This document shows, one piece after another, positions 1 to 9,503 of a stretch of 55,796 nt of DNA. Source of the stretch: a virus (Duplodnaviria > Caudoviricetes). A model generated the notes under the pieces. That model was not told the DNA's origin and made no database searches. It saw only the letters and a program-made list of their open reading frames with translations. The stretch spans positions 1 to 55,796 of the IMG/VR virus record IMGVR_UViG_3300028198_000005; one strand, given 5' to 3'. Every line of letters begins with the position of its first letter. The first letter of the stretch is position 1. The position numbers and the translations under genes were made by a program.

Positions 1-591
1 AAGCCTCTGGTGAGGTTTTTAGATAAGTTGATGGACAACCCATCTCGCAGAGCAGTAAACGAGTTATACGCTTTCCTAGAGCATAAAGCGATGCCTCTGA
101 CTCCTGACGGTAATTTCCTCGCGTACAAGGGAGTACGTTCCGATTATACTGATTGGCACTCTGGCAAATTCTCTAACAAGGTTGGGGATGAAAACGAAAT
201 GTCTCGCAGAAATGTTTGCGACGATGCGAACATTGGATGCTCCTACGGTTTCCATGCTGGCTCATTGGATTACGCACGGCAATACGGCAATGGAGGACAC
301 TTGATGGTTGTCGAGATTAACCCTTCTGACGTTGTTAGCGTACCTCTGGATTGCGACCAGCAAAAATTACGCACGGCAAAGTACAAGGTTGTTTCTCATT
401 TTGAGAAGAAGCTAGAGGAACCAATGTGCGACGAGTACGGTGATTACGAAGATTATTGCGAGGATGATTCCGAGGATGACTTCGATCAAGCGAGTTACGA
501 TGCGGGATATATAGCCGCAAAGAATGATTTGGTGAAGTATGCCAAGAGCAACTCTAACAGGGACGCTCAAGGACGCTTCGCTAAAAAGTAG
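1..591 (+). CDS. rIIB: RIIB-like protein (T4 rIIB family), 5'-truncated by window edge
   Basis: Motifs NPSRRAVNELYAFLEH, LTPDGNFLAYKGV, CSYGFHAGS and INPSDVVSVP are typical of RIIB; the frame is open from base 1. Confidence 0.8.
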   Translation, partial: KPLVRFLDKLMDNPSRRAVNELYAFLEHKAMPLTPDGNFLAYKGVRSDYTDWHSGKFSNKVGDENEMSRRNVCDDANIGCSYGFHAGSLDYARQYGNGGHLMVVEINPSDVVSVPLDCDQQKLRTAKYKVVSHFEKKLEEPMCDEYGDYEDYCEDDSEDDFDQASYDAGYIAAKNDLVKYAKSNSNRDAQGRFAKK

Positions 592-713
592 CGTAGTAGT
601 CATAGTGACTTGTCAGAGCATTTAAGTTTTCGTTGTTGTTTCTTAATGTAAGTCTCTGTCAAGTTTCTACTACTTGTAAAAACACTAAACCAAAAACTAG
701 AAAAAATAATTTT

Positions 714-1394
714 ATGATTACTACAAAAGTTGAGAATTTTTTCGATTCAATCAAAGACAAGGATATAAAATCTTACAATGATTATTGGGGGGAATTGAAA
801 CCCCAATCAGACAACGCCGCTTTCAGAAGATATTTGTTTGCCTTCATGTCAGTTCACACAAGCTGGAAAAACAACTGTAAAGGATACAATGCAATCAAAC
901 AATTCACAAACTGGACGCTCGAAAAAGGAGAGCAACTTGAACTCTGGAACTACGATTCGGACAATCTATTCAAGCGGATTGAAAAAACGAGGGTTGGGAT
1001 GCAGAATAATCGAACTAACTATATCGGTCTTTTCAATGATACTTTTTGGGACTCTCCTAGTGACTTTATCGCTCGCAATTCTGGTGAAGGATGGAGTGAG
1101 TGGCGCGATAGGCTTGCCAAGAAGATTCTTGGTTTGGGTAAGGCGAAAACTTCCTTCGCAATAGAAATGCTTTATCCTACAGAAGCAAAGGTTGTTTGTA
1201 TGGATACACATTTGTTTCAAATTTATGGACTAAATCAAACCAAAAACGCAAAACTATATAACACCATTGAAGCGGATTGGCTTGAGCGAAGCGAGCAGCG
1301 AGGCGTTGCACCGTACATGGCACGATGCTTGTATTGGGACAAGAACCAGAACCGTAAAAACTCACGCTATTGGAGCAAGGTATTAGAAGCATGA
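714..1394 (+). CDS. HhH-superfamily DNA glycosylase-like protein (Ogg2-like)
   Basis: ILGLGKAKTSF hairpin with Lys, followed by VVCMDTH (cf. xxxxDRH); start placed at ATG 714. Confidence 0.55.
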   Translation: MITTKVENFFDSIKDKDIKSYNDYWGELKPQSDNAAFRRYLFAFMSVHTSWKNNCKGYNAIKQFTNWTLEKGEQLELWNYDSDNLFKRIEKTRVGMQNNRTNYIGLFNDTFWDSPSDFIARNSGEGWSEWRDRLAKKILGLGKAKTSFAIEMLYPTEAKVVCMDTHLFQIYGLNQTKNAKLYNTIEADWLERSEQRGVAPYMARCLYWDKNQNRKNSRYWSKVLEA

Positions 1395-1630
1395 GCTACT
1401 CATTCCATCAACGCTGGACATTGCAAAAAGGTTGCTTCGACAAGAATAGATATGATTCAGTAGAGGAAGCATCGAATGAAATTGTGCGCGGTTTTAATAG
1501 AAGGGGAGAACTTTTAAGGCACTATAGATGCCCTAATTGTCACGGTTATCATTTAACAAAAAAGGACGCTAATCAAAAACATTTAGACAGAGCAAAAAAA
1601 ATAATTTTTAGAATAAAAAACAAAGCATGA
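1391..1630 (+). CDS. small Zn-ribbon phage protein
   Basis: YRCPNCHGYHLT motif; ATGA overlap with the upstream stop. Confidence 0.6.
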   Translation: MSYSFHQRWTLQKGCFDKNRYDSVEEASNEIVRGFNRRGELLRHYRCPNCHGYHLTKKDANQKHLDRAKKIIFRIKNKA

Positions 1631-2388
1631 AGCATACAGCAAGACATATTGAACTACCAAGCTCGCCCATTTCAGAAAGCGAAGCGTTATCAACAAACAG
1701 AGTCAGGACTTACTCTATTCAAATTAGATTAGATTCACCTTATCCTTCCCCCAAGACTGCCACAACCAGAAACATAGATGGAGAGTTCGTATGGGAGAGG
1801 TTGGTTACTTGTAAGGGACGCTCACAAGCAGTTGTCATTGCAGCAAAGTGGTTTCAAGATTTGCGGAACGATGGCCGAAGAAAAGGAGGAATCGGTAAAA
1901 TCTTTATAGGAAAAGAAACTCACAACTATGTGACCGTCGATGATAACTGGAACGAATGCGTTTACGGTTCCAACTTCCAACCTCTTTCCACGAACAATCG
2001 TCTCCTCGACAAACAAACCATCGAAAGAGTTATCGAGGAATCTAAAGGGAATCTCAAGATCGCTGACAGTCCTTTGAAAAAAGGACGAAAGTATCCCTCG
2101 CTAGAATGGGCAAGTGGTTGTAAAAAAGTAAATTCACTCCCCATAAAAATTGGTTTTTCGTCTTACTCTGATCCAACAAAAGGAGGAATGAAGGAGTCTA
2201 TTGACAATGCCGTGCGGAGAGCAAAGAAAAGAAAAGTGTCTTGGTCGAGAGAGCAGGAGTTGAAGGAGGCTAGGATTACGGTTAAAAGGATGAAAGCAGC
2301 AGGACTCCTAAAAGAGAGAGAGTCGAATATGGATGCTATATTTGAAAAAATGTCAAAGTCTAAACACACAAAAGAATTAGAAGCATGA
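1627..2388 (+). CDS. hypothetical basic protein
   Basis: 253-aa ORF with ATGA coupling at both ends. Confidence 0.65.
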   Translation: MKHTARHIELPSSPISESEALSTNRVRTYSIQIRLDSPYPSPKTATTRNIDGEFVWERLVTCKGRSQAVVIAAKWFQDLRNDGRRKGGIGKIFIGKETHNYVTVDDNWNECVYGSNFQPLSTNNRLLDKQTIERVIEESKGNLKIADSPLKKGRKYPSLEWASGCKKVNSLPIKIGFSSYSDPTKGGMKESIDNAVRRAKKRKVSWSREQELKEARITVKRMKAAGLLKERESNMDAIFEKMSKSKHTKELEA

Positions 2389-2594
2389 CATATCCAAAAG
2401 AAGATATTGCCGCAATGCGCGAAACCCTCCACATAAGCGAGTGGGAAGGGCTTGTAGATAGAGATTTGCTTGCGACCCTTTGGGAAGGTTGCGTTGGCTG
2501 GAAAAACATTCCTGACAAAGAAGTAATTGAAATGTACGAAAACATTTACGGTGAAACTGACAATGTTGAAATTGTTCAAGAAAAAGAATTATGA
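2385..2594 (+). CDS. hypothetical acidic protein
   Basis: Translationally coupled ORF. Confidence 0.65.
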   Translation: MTYPKEDIAAMRETLHISEWEGLVDRDLLATLWEGCVGWKNIPDKEVIEMYENIYGETDNVEIVQEKEL

Positions 2595-2779
2595 CATACA
2601 TAGTAAAATTCAAAGTAGATGGTGATGATGTTTCCTATACAGTCAATGCAGAGAATGTTTTGGAAGCGGAGGAGGCAGGGAAAAAAGCAATGTGCGCTGA
2701 CGTTAAGATTAGCGACAAACGAGGTTCTCTCGTTTCCTCATGGGAGATCAAAAGCATAGAACATATACCAGACGCATGA
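2591..2779 (+). CDS. hypothetical protein
   Basis: Coupled ORF. Confidence 0.6.
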   Translation: MTYIVKFKVDGDDVSYTVNAENVLEAEEAGKKAMCADVKISDKRGSLVSSWEIKSIEHIPDA

Positions 2780-2970
2780 TTGGAGAATTAAAGAATTGGG
2801 CATGGTGCGAGCATTGCCTTGGATGGAAAGATGCTGATGAGGTTAGCTTTATTGAAATGAAGGAAGATGTATACGGTAAAGATTTACTTTCATTTGCTTG
2901 TGATGATTGTAGTAAAGATACCATTGATTCCATTGTGATCTCATCAGTAACCAAGCCAATCGGAGGATGA
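2776..2970 (+). CDS. small Zn-finger protein
   Basis: CEHC...CDDC; ATGA overlap at 2776. Confidence 0.55.
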   Translation: MIGELKNWAWCEHCLGWKDADEVSFIEMKEDVYGKDLLSFACDDCSKDTIDSIVISSVTKPIGG

Positions 2971-3073
2971 AAAGGAGATGGAAAGGAATTACCGCTTCGC
3001 TATGTTTGTCGGTTCTTGCTCTCCTATGGTACGAGGCTTTAACAACTTTGAATGAAATTATATTATTAGCGAG

Positions 3074-3271
3074 ATGAGAGAAGAACAATACTGGAAGCAA
3101 GGAAGCGGGGAAGTAATTGCAGTTGGAGACATGAGCGAACATTATGCCAAAAACGTCTTGCGAAAGATGATTAAGAAAAGTAGACAAAGAGGGCAAGATG
3201 TTTTGGTAATGCGCGACAAGATTAGTCAAATTAACAATACGCTAGGTGATATTAAAAGAGATTTACTATGA
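3074..3271 (+). CDS. hypothetical protein
   Basis: W-x-x-x-x-G...I...DMSEHYAKN pattern seen in small phage proteins. Confidence 0.55.
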   Translation: MREEQYWKQGSGEVIAVGDMSEHYAKNVLRKMIKKSRQRGQDVLVMRDKISQINNTLGDIKRDLL

Positions 3272-3552
3272 CAGAAGAAAAGGAATATCCGCATTATGTA
3301 GACTGCTCCAGCAAGCGTAGCTTTATTGGAGATGTAAACGAAGATGCTTTATTTGCCGATGGTTTCGATGATGCTATAATAGGGTACGATGCTTGTGCGT
3401 ACAGAGTCGTTTACGATTATGATAAGTGCATGGACATTCTAAAAAATAACGATGACATGAGCTTGGCCGATGCAAACGAGTATATGCAGTTTAATGTAGT
3501 CGGTGCTTTCGTTGGAGATTTTACACCGTTGTTTGTTCACTCATTAGCATGA
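3268..3552 (+). CDS. conserved phage hypothetical protein
   Basis: DGFDDAIIG...VYDYDKC...EYMQFNVVGAFVG..TP motif. Confidence 0.7.
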   Translation: MTEEKEYPHYVDCSSKRSFIGDVNEDALFADGFDDAIIGYDACAYRVVYDYDKCMDILKNNDDMSLADANEYMQFNVVGAFVGDFTPLFVHSLA

Positions 3553-3935
3553 ATAATATGGATAAATTAGACGAATTACTATGTGAGGTATGCGGCGAGA
3601 TCATAGAGGGCAAGTGGGATTCTCAAGTTTACTTGGGGCTGGAAACAGGGGAGTTGGATAAAAGCGGCATAGCTCGTTGGTTGATTTACGACAAGCATAT
3701 CAAATGCTCTCCAAGTCGAGCGCAAAGGATTGTGCATCCAGAATATCCAGCAGTTGTGGACGAAAGACCACAATTCGATTGGCGACCAGAAGCAGACAAC
3801 TCTTGGACAGATGAGATGCGTAACAAGTGGAAAAAGGTTTATACTGACGCTTGGGTTAGCTTACAAGAAAGATACAACCCAAATTGGCCTACGCAAATTG
3901 CCATAAATGTAAAAACTATAACCAAGAAAGCGTAA
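3549..3935 (+). CDS. hypothetical protein
   Basis: 128-aa coupled ORF with CxxC and H/C residues. Confidence 0.6.
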   Translation: MNNMDKLDELLCEVCGEIIEGKWDSQVYLGLETGELDKSGIARWLIYDKHIKCSPSRAQRIVHPEYPAVVDERPQFDWRPEADNSWTDEMRNKWKKVYTDAWVSLQERYNPNWPTQIAINVKTITKKA

Positions 3936-3946
3936 AAAATAAAAAT

Positions 3947-4201
3947 ATGTACATCACATTATCACTAACGCCAGACAGAGACGGTTTTCAAGGCACGATA
4001 GCTTTGAATACAGAAAAGATCATAGGCTTCAAGGAAGCCGCATATAAAGACATTGGCGGCAACTCTCAAAAGGATAAGGCGGGATATGTAGGGACATACA
4101 CCGAGGTTCTCATGGAAGGATCGAAGCTCCCTATCAACGTAGCTGATCCTATTCAGTCCATATTAAGAAACTACGGGAACAATTTAGACGAAACGAAATG
4201 A
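3947..4201 (+). CDS. FlbD/SwrD-like small protein
   Basis: YITL...IALNTEKI...TEV...VxDxIxxI pattern. Confidence 0.4.
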   Translation: MYITLSLTPDRDGFQGTIALNTEKIIGFKEAAYKDIGGNSQKDKAGYVGTYTEVLMEGSKLPINVADPIQSILRNYGNNLDETK

Positions 4202-4461
4202 CAGGCAGACTAAAAGTTGTATCATCCTCGGAAGGTAAATTGCTTCGCGCCAAAAGCGTACACAAGAAAGCAAGTATACATTTTGATAATCTCTATACTC
4301 ATACCCTCACGCTTGCAAGGAAAGTATTACAGATTGAGATTCATGCAGTAACCTTTGAATCGGATTCTATTTTAATTGACGCGCAAGGATGGATAGAAGG
4401 AAAGAGTAAAGAAGATGTAAGAAACCCTACGTTGTTGGAATTAAGATTTTACCCCGAATGA
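4198..4461 (+). CDS. hypothetical protein
   Basis: Coupled ORF. Confidence 0.6.
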   Translation: MTGRLKVVSSSEGKLLRAKSVHKKASIHFDNLYTHTLTLARKVLQIEIHAVTFESDSILIDAQGWIEGKSKEDVRNPTLLELRFYPE

Positions 4462-4721
4462 AGAACTCGCTCGTATATAAACTGATAGACAAAAGAATAG
4501 ACCAACATATAGCCCAAAAACAAAGTGAGGTTCATTTCAAAAAAGGGAAAGGTTTATTGGAAAAATCCAGAAAAACAAAAATTATGGGCAGCGAAAAGAA
4601 AAGCGAGAACAGTAAAGATTCGGGATATTCAAAAATCGGTAGCGAGAGAATGTTCGCTTCTAGGGGATTGCTCCAAGGAAAACATCAACGAGATCACAAG
4701 GCTTTATCTCAAGCAGCTTAA
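4458..4721 (+). CDS. hypothetical basic protein (the overlapping frame 4525-4830 is an alternative)
   Basis: ATGA coupling; frame choice uncertain. Confidence 0.35.
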   Translation: MKNSLVYKLIDKRIDQHIAQKQSEVHFKKGKGLLEKSRKTKIMGSEKKSENSKDSGYSKIGSERMFASRGLLQGKHQRDHKALSQAA

Positions 4722-4795
4722 AGTAGATGGATTTATCGTTAACCATAAAACAACAGAAGGAAAAAACGCAACTAGGGTAAATTTTTATATAGAAA

Positions 4796-5005
4796 ATGGC
4801 ACATTTAGTAACATTAACAAATGCGGATAGCAACGAGGATATACTGTTCAATCTTGATACGGTTGTCTCCATTGAAAAAGGTCATCAAAACACGGTCATC
4901 ACTACCCGATGGGGCAGACAGTATGTTAAGGATACTCTTTCCGAGATAATGGATAGAGCATATTCAGAAGTAAAAACAGTTGACATTGCTCCCGAAATGG
5001 AGTAG
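4796..5005 (+). CDS. FlbD/SwrD-like small protein
   Basis: LVTLT...ILFNLDTVVSIE...TVIT...VKDTLSEI pattern. Confidence 0.55.
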   Translation: MAHLVTLTNADSNEDILFNLDTVVSIEKGHQNTVITTRWGRQYVKDTLSEIMDRAYSEVKTVDIAPEME

Positions 5006-5174
5006 CCTTACCAGTATGGTTCTAATTCCAATAACAATCACAATAATCGCAGGGTTTTTCTTTGTGCGATGGGTAGTAAATTCAGAAATTTAAGATGGCA
5101 CTAAATAAGAAGTTTCGGAAAGTAACTAAAAACATAGAATACAACATGAAATCTGGCTCAAGAATTTTATAATT

Positions 5175-5609
5175 ATGGCACTAAAAACTAGACACATACA
5201 CTACAATATGAGACAGATTAAAACAGAAATTGACAGGGACTTATACGATAAAATAGTCCCGAAGATAAATTGGGAAAAACATGGAGTTGTAAATAGCAAT
5301 CCAAGAATTGATAAAAATAAAATTATTGCCAAATCACAAACAAGCGATTTTCCCGCCGAATCAATCACGGTAAGGGTAACTAGCGCAAAGAACAAAAGAT
5401 TCACGGCGTACTTCGCAGGGAAAAGAGTGACTAAACAATGGGGCAACTATACTGCTCAATGGTTAAAAGTACCAGTAGATTGCTCGCGAAAGTGGAGTGA
5501 CAAGACTATTTGGCACTTTACTGGCGAGATGCCCCATGACACAACTCCAGAAGAAGCAGCCTACGCCTTGGGGTACATAGAGGACGTTTTATATGGAGAG
5601 CAGCACTAA
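5175..5609 (+). CDS. hypothetical protein
   Basis: 144-aa ORF. Confidence 0.65.
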   Translation: MALKTRHIHYNMRQIKTEIDRDLYDKIVPKINWEKHGVVNSNPRIDKNKIIAKSQTSDFPAESITVRVTSAKNKRFTAYFAGKRVTKQWGNYTAQWLKVPVDCSRKWSDKTIWHFTGEMPHDTTPEEAAYALGYIEDVLYGEQH

Positions 5610-5612
5610 AAA

Positions 5613-5918
5613 ATGGACAAGGAAGATAACAAAGATACATATTATTTAGGAGATTTAACAGACTTAAACGAACTTAAACTCTTACGACCCATGAAAGACA
5701 TAAACGAAAAACCGAATCACGCCTTCAAATTTGATGGCATGACGGCATACGTTTATGATTTAAGTAATGTTTGGGAGGTTCATGTACGCATTTGGGAAGA
5801 TGAGCCAGAACCAGAAGGCAATAGAGTTGATAAAATGATAGACTATATGCAGCACGAAGGCTTTTTCGCCAGCAATAATAACCCTATTCAAGTTTGGGTT
5901 GTCGGAATAAAAAGATGA
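5613..5918 (+). CDS. hypothetical protein
   Basis: 101-aa ORF directly after the upstream stop. Confidence 0.65.
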   Translation: MDKEDNKDTYYLGDLTDLNELKLLRPMKDINEKPNHAFKFDGMTAYVYDLSNVWEVHVRIWEDEPEPEGNRVDKMIDYMQHEGFFASNNNPIQVWVVGIKR

Positions 5919-6109
5919 ACAAGAAGGAAGTTTTAGATAAGATAAAGGAGGAAACTGGATGCGACGAAGAATCAGCGGAAAGAATTTTCAGAAAAGCGAT
6001 AAAAGACGGCATGGTGAAAGCAATGCCAAATTGGAATTTCATTGTCACTATAGCAATATACCTAGCGGTACTAATAACAGGAGCATGGGCTTTATGGCAG
6101 CATTTGTAA
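5915..6109 (+). CDS. small membrane protein
   Basis: C-terminal hydrophobic helix; ATGA overlap. Confidence 0.55.
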   Translation: MNKKEVLDKIKEETGCDEESAERIFRKAIKDGMVKAMPNWNFIVTIAIYLAVLITGAWALWQHL

Positions 6110-6381
6110 AAAATACCTTTTTCGCCGCATTACTTTTATTTTTATGCGGTTGTACTATTACCAAGATCGGGGAACCGTTAAAACTCGACTTACCAAGAGA
6201 GAATCAGCACAAGTATTACGTCATTGACATAAACGCCGATGTACCAGATGCCAACTTCAAGACGTTTGAGGAAGCGTCAGTATATCAAAAGGAGTTTGCC
6301 GAATACCATGATTATGTTATAGTCAAAGCAGATGAGGAATTTAGTGTTTACTACATGGAAGTAATAAAAAATGAGAGATAA
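6085..6381 (+). CDS. putative lipoprotein
   Basis: FFAALLLFLCGC lipobox-like signal; exact start uncertain. Confidence 0.5.
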   Translation: MGFMAAFVKNTFFAALLLFLCGCTITKIGEPLKLDLPRENQHKYYVIDINADVPDANFKTFEEASVYQKEFAEYHDYVIVKADEEFSVYYMEVIKNER

Positions 6382-6538
6382 ATTAGCAAACAAGTACGAA
6401 TTAGCATATAAAAAACTGTATGCAGAACTGCCACAATGGAAACGTCAGTTAGTTGACGAAAAACATGATAGGCAATGCGATGAGTTAGCCAAGCAAGTAA
6501 TTAGATATGCCGAAAAAGATAAGAACAAAGAAGATTAA
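6371..6538 (+). CDS. hypothetical protein (55 aa, below the ORF-track cutoff)
   Basis: MRDKLANKYELAYKKLYAELPQWKRQ..., read manually. Confidence 0.5.
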   Translation: MRDKLANKYELAYKKLYAELPQWKRQLVDEKHDRQCDELAKQVIRYAEKDKNKED

Positions 6539-6671
6539 GGACATTCGCCGCTATATAGAGCTAAACATAAAGGGAGTTGATGATGTAATGGCATCTCGTA
6601 TATACGAAGTAATGACAGGCTTTACTGCTTCCACAAAAGAAAAAGATGGTAGCATTAGATTGATAACATGA
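6507..6671 (+). CDS. hypothetical protein (54 aa)
   Basis: MPKKIRTKKIKDIRRYIEL...; its stop overlaps the next ATG. Confidence 0.45.
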   Translation: MPKKIRTKKIKDIRRYIELNIKGVDDVMASRIYEVMTGFTASTKEKDGSIRLIT

Positions 6672-6958
6672 ACGAAATAGATAATCCATATTATAGGGCA
6701 GCGTACTCAAGGTACGTTGCAGAGCAAGACGAGTCGGTAGCTAACCTACTGACTTTGTTTAATCGTCCAGTAGGAATCGGTGAACATACCGATTTCTTAA
6801 CAGAGATCGACAAGTGGGTAAACCAAGGTGCAAATGCTGTAGATAAGATCCAGTTCATTGCTAATGTATTCTCTCAAAACGAGGATAAGAGCATCGTTCC
6901 TAACGATACCCCTGACGTACCTCAAGAAAGCGTACAAACGTCCGCACAAGGGGCATAG
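6668..6958 (+). CDS. conserved phage hypothetical protein
   Basis: NRPVGIGEHTDFLTEIDKW motif. Confidence 0.65.
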   Translation: MNEIDNPYYRAAYSRYVAEQDESVANLLTLFNRPVGIGEHTDFLTEIDKWVNQGANAVDKIQFIANVFSQNEDKSIVPNDTPDVPQESVQTSAQGA

Positions 6959-7218
6959 AGGCCCAAAGAATGACTATATATAATAACGAAGTTATGGCAA
7001 CGCTATTTGATATAAGAAAAGACCGAAAAGGAGAAGGAAAAATTGTATTTAATAGTATCGTTAATTATTGGGATGATATGGGGAATCATAAGTAGAAGGA
7101 ATAAGAAGAAGAAAGAACATCTACCATATCCCTTTATAGAATAGCAAAGATAATCAAACAAAGATGTAAAGATGTAAAAAATAGGTAGTGTTTAATTTAT
7201 ATTTTTAATAAATATAGC

Positions 7219-7248
7219 AAAGAGTTCAGTAAAATGGACTCTTTTTTT
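7219..7248 (+). terminator. rho-independent terminator
   Basis: AAAGAGTTCA/TGGACTCTTT stem followed by a T-run. Confidence 0.6.
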
Positions 7249-7276
7249 GTTGTATACCTATGTATTAACCCTATCT

Positions 7277-7564
7277 AATTAGGAATGAATAGTTGTAAAA
7301 TATAAGAAAAATTAGGAATGAATGTGGTATAAATACGGCTCAATATGATAGGAAATATAAAAATAGGGTAGAAATAGGGGGAGCGGCGGGATATTTATAA
7401 AACTTATAATTGCGTTTTTACTAATGTTTTTGCATATTTGGTCAGGTTTTTCATAGGGGTAAACATAAAAAAAAATTATGAATGAATTACTCTTAAATAC
7501 TGGGTTAATTGTGAATGAATATATCCTAAATACCGCAAATTAGGAATGAGTCTGGTCTAAATAC
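7277..7564 (+). repeat. five 27-bp iteron-like direct repeats AATTRKGAATGA-N8-TAAATAC
   Basis: Copies start at 7277, 7310, 7474, 7507 and 7538 in an AT-rich non-coding region. Confidence 0.75.
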
Positions 7565-7768
7565 CCAGCGGCCAAAACATTAAAAATTATAGATAAAAAA
7601 TAATAATATAACCATGTAAAAAACTCATAACTTTCAAACATAAGATAAAATTTTATGGATACTTTTTACAAATAATCTCACTTTTTAACCATATTGATTT
7701 ATTTTAACTTTTTGCATTGACTCCTAACCAGAAAACCTTTATTATTAAGTTTCCCGTTGAGGGATAAC

Positions 7769-8020
7769 ATGAAAACCAAAGGAAGCACATCATATACAGG
7801 GGTAACTCTAGGAGAATTAAGTAAGTTCTTTAAGGAGGATGCCGTTATTGAGGTGAGCAAGAAATTCCTGAATATGCACAAACTGGTATCTGGTAATAAC
7901 CACATATCACTTGTCGTAGGCAAGGAAGATGCTCAAGTCGAGGTCAAGGAAACACAACTGGAAAAACCAGTAGAAGAAAAGAAGGACGATACAATTTGCC
8001 ATCAAATAGAAAATTGGTAA
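7769..8020 (+). CDS. hypothetical protein
   Basis: KGSTSY..VTLGEL..FKEDAVIEVSKKF ORF behind a TTGACT promoter-like element. Confidence 0.6.
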   Translation: MKTKGSTSYTGVTLGELSKFFKEDAVIEVSKKFLNMHKLVSGNNHISLVVGKEDAQVEVKETQLEKPVEEKKDDTICHQIENW

Positions 8021-8067
8021 ATTAGTGTTTGACTTCTGATATAATTAAATTATATAATATCGCCGCT

Positions 8068-9006
8068 ATGACTACTGCTGCTACATTATTCCCAAACATT
8101 ATCGGACAGGATGCCGCGAAACGAAAGATGGCATTCTTTATTAGGGGTTACGAGAAAACTCTCGTTGCCCCTCATCTCTTGCTTACCGCGCCGAAAGGCA
8201 CGGGTAAGACGCTTCTGGCGAAGGCTTTTGCTAGATGCTTACTGGATTCGGACACACTCAAGCCCAAGGCATTTCTTGAGCTAAATTGTGCTACGATTAA
8301 GAACTTGCGTCAATTCGTTGAGCAGATAATGAATGTCTACATGAACAACAACGACATTACTATATTGTTTGATGAATGTTCTGAACTGCCCAAGGACGTA
8401 ACAATGGCACTATTGACTATATTAAATCCCAATAAGGAGAATATGAATGAATTTTCCTATGAAGGATATAATTTTACAATAGATTTCAGAAGGATAAGTT
8501 TTATCTTTGCGACTACCGAGCCTCAAGATTTATTCCATGCTCTGATTGATAGGTTAGAGAGGATTGATCTGATCGACTACACACACGAAGAATTGGCCCA
8601 AATTCTCCACTTGAACCTTGAACATATTAAGTTTGAGAAGGGTATTCTATGTCGTATCGCGCCGACATTGCGCGGCAACGCAAGAGCAGCGCAAAAGATG
8701 AGTAAACATATCATTAGCTATTGCGAGGCTAAAGGCATAAGTTCTTTTGGAGTGAAAGATTGGCATAATCTTAAAAAGGTACTGGATATACTTCCTTTCG
8801 GCATGACGAAGATAGAAATGAAGCTATTGGAGGTGCTGAAACGTGACGGTATGCTGCGATTGTATAACTTGTCTGCCAAAATGCAGATGACTCGTTCTGC
8901 TGTCCAGAATGGTATCGAAGTGTATCTACAAAAGCTGAATCTCATTGAGGTAACTCAAAATGGAAGGAGGTTGACCGATGAAGGCAAAGAAATCTTTACA
9001 TCATAA
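8068..9006 (+). CDS. ruvB: RuvB-like AAA+ ATPase (Holliday junction branch-migration helicase family)
   Basis: IIGQ, Walker A APKGTGKT, Walker B ILFDEC, FATTE, ALIDRL, RGNAR and a C-terminal EVYL...GRRLT wHTH. Confidence 0.8.
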   Translation: MTTAATLFPNIIGQDAAKRKMAFFIRGYEKTLVAPHLLLTAPKGTGKTLLAKAFARCLLDSDTLKPKAFLELNCATIKNLRQFVEQIMNVYMNNNDITILFDECSELPKDVTMALLTILNPNKENMNEFSYEGYNFTIDFRRISFIFATTEPQDLFHALIDRLERIDLIDYTHEELAQILHLNLEHIKFEKGILCRIAPTLRGNARAAQKMSKHIISYCEAKGISSFGVKDWHNLKKVLDILPFGMTKIEMKLLEVLKRDGMLRLYNLSAKMQMTRSAVQNGIEVYLQKLNLIEVTQNGRRLTDEGKEIFTS

Positions 9007-9099
9007 AAGTCTTGACAAACCTAGGGCGCGTATCCTCTGGAATACGGGGGAGCGCGTCCATCCGCCTAAAAAAGGTAGAGGTAGTTACAAAAGAGAAAA

Positions 9100-9260
9100 T
9101 TATAAATAAAAAGGAAATAAATAATTGCTAAATAAAAGGGAATTAAATAAGTACTAAATAAGAAATAAATAATCCCTAAATAAGGAATTACAAATACCTA
9201 AATACTAAATAATCATGTAAATCTATCAACTGATTAACAAATTTACATAAATAAATAATT
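9100..9260. repeat. TAAATA/AAATA-rich tract preceding element E1
   Basis: TAAATA at 9103, 9129, 9144, 9155, 9166, 9177, 9199 and 9206. Confidence 0.55.
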
Positions 9261-9310
9261 ATACTTTTATAAAAAAACAATAATTTTGTCATCGCCCCAT
9301 TCCAATGACG

Positions 9311-9384
9311 TAAGTCACTGACTATCAAGGACTTAGCTCGGCGCCCCCCGCCCGCGGCGTAAGTCCTTGCGCTGCAACGACTTA
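9311..9384. repeat. double-palindrome element E1
   Basis: TAAGTC-ACTGACTATCAAG-GACTTA, 24-bp C-rich spacer, TAAGTC-CTTGCGCTGCAAC-GACTTA. Confidence 0.95.
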
Positions 9385-9464
9385 GGTACCTTTTAAAATC
9401 ATACTTTTTCGCGGATGTCAAGCCTTTTCTTAAAAAAATATCAGAAAAAACTTATCTTTTTGGG

Positions 9465-9493
9465 TTGACGCGGCGACTTTTTTACAAGATACT
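9465..9493 (+). promoter_or_regulatory. sigma70-type early promoter
   Basis: TTGACG-N17-GATACT, with ATG 10 nt downstream. Confidence 0.65.
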
Positions 9494-9503
9494 CGGGGGC
9501 GTT

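Noticed and set aside
9011-9080. Short GC-rich stretch after ruvB with TTGACA and a small hairpin
   Set aside because: Promoter spacing does not fit and the structure is too weak to call an RNA or terminator.
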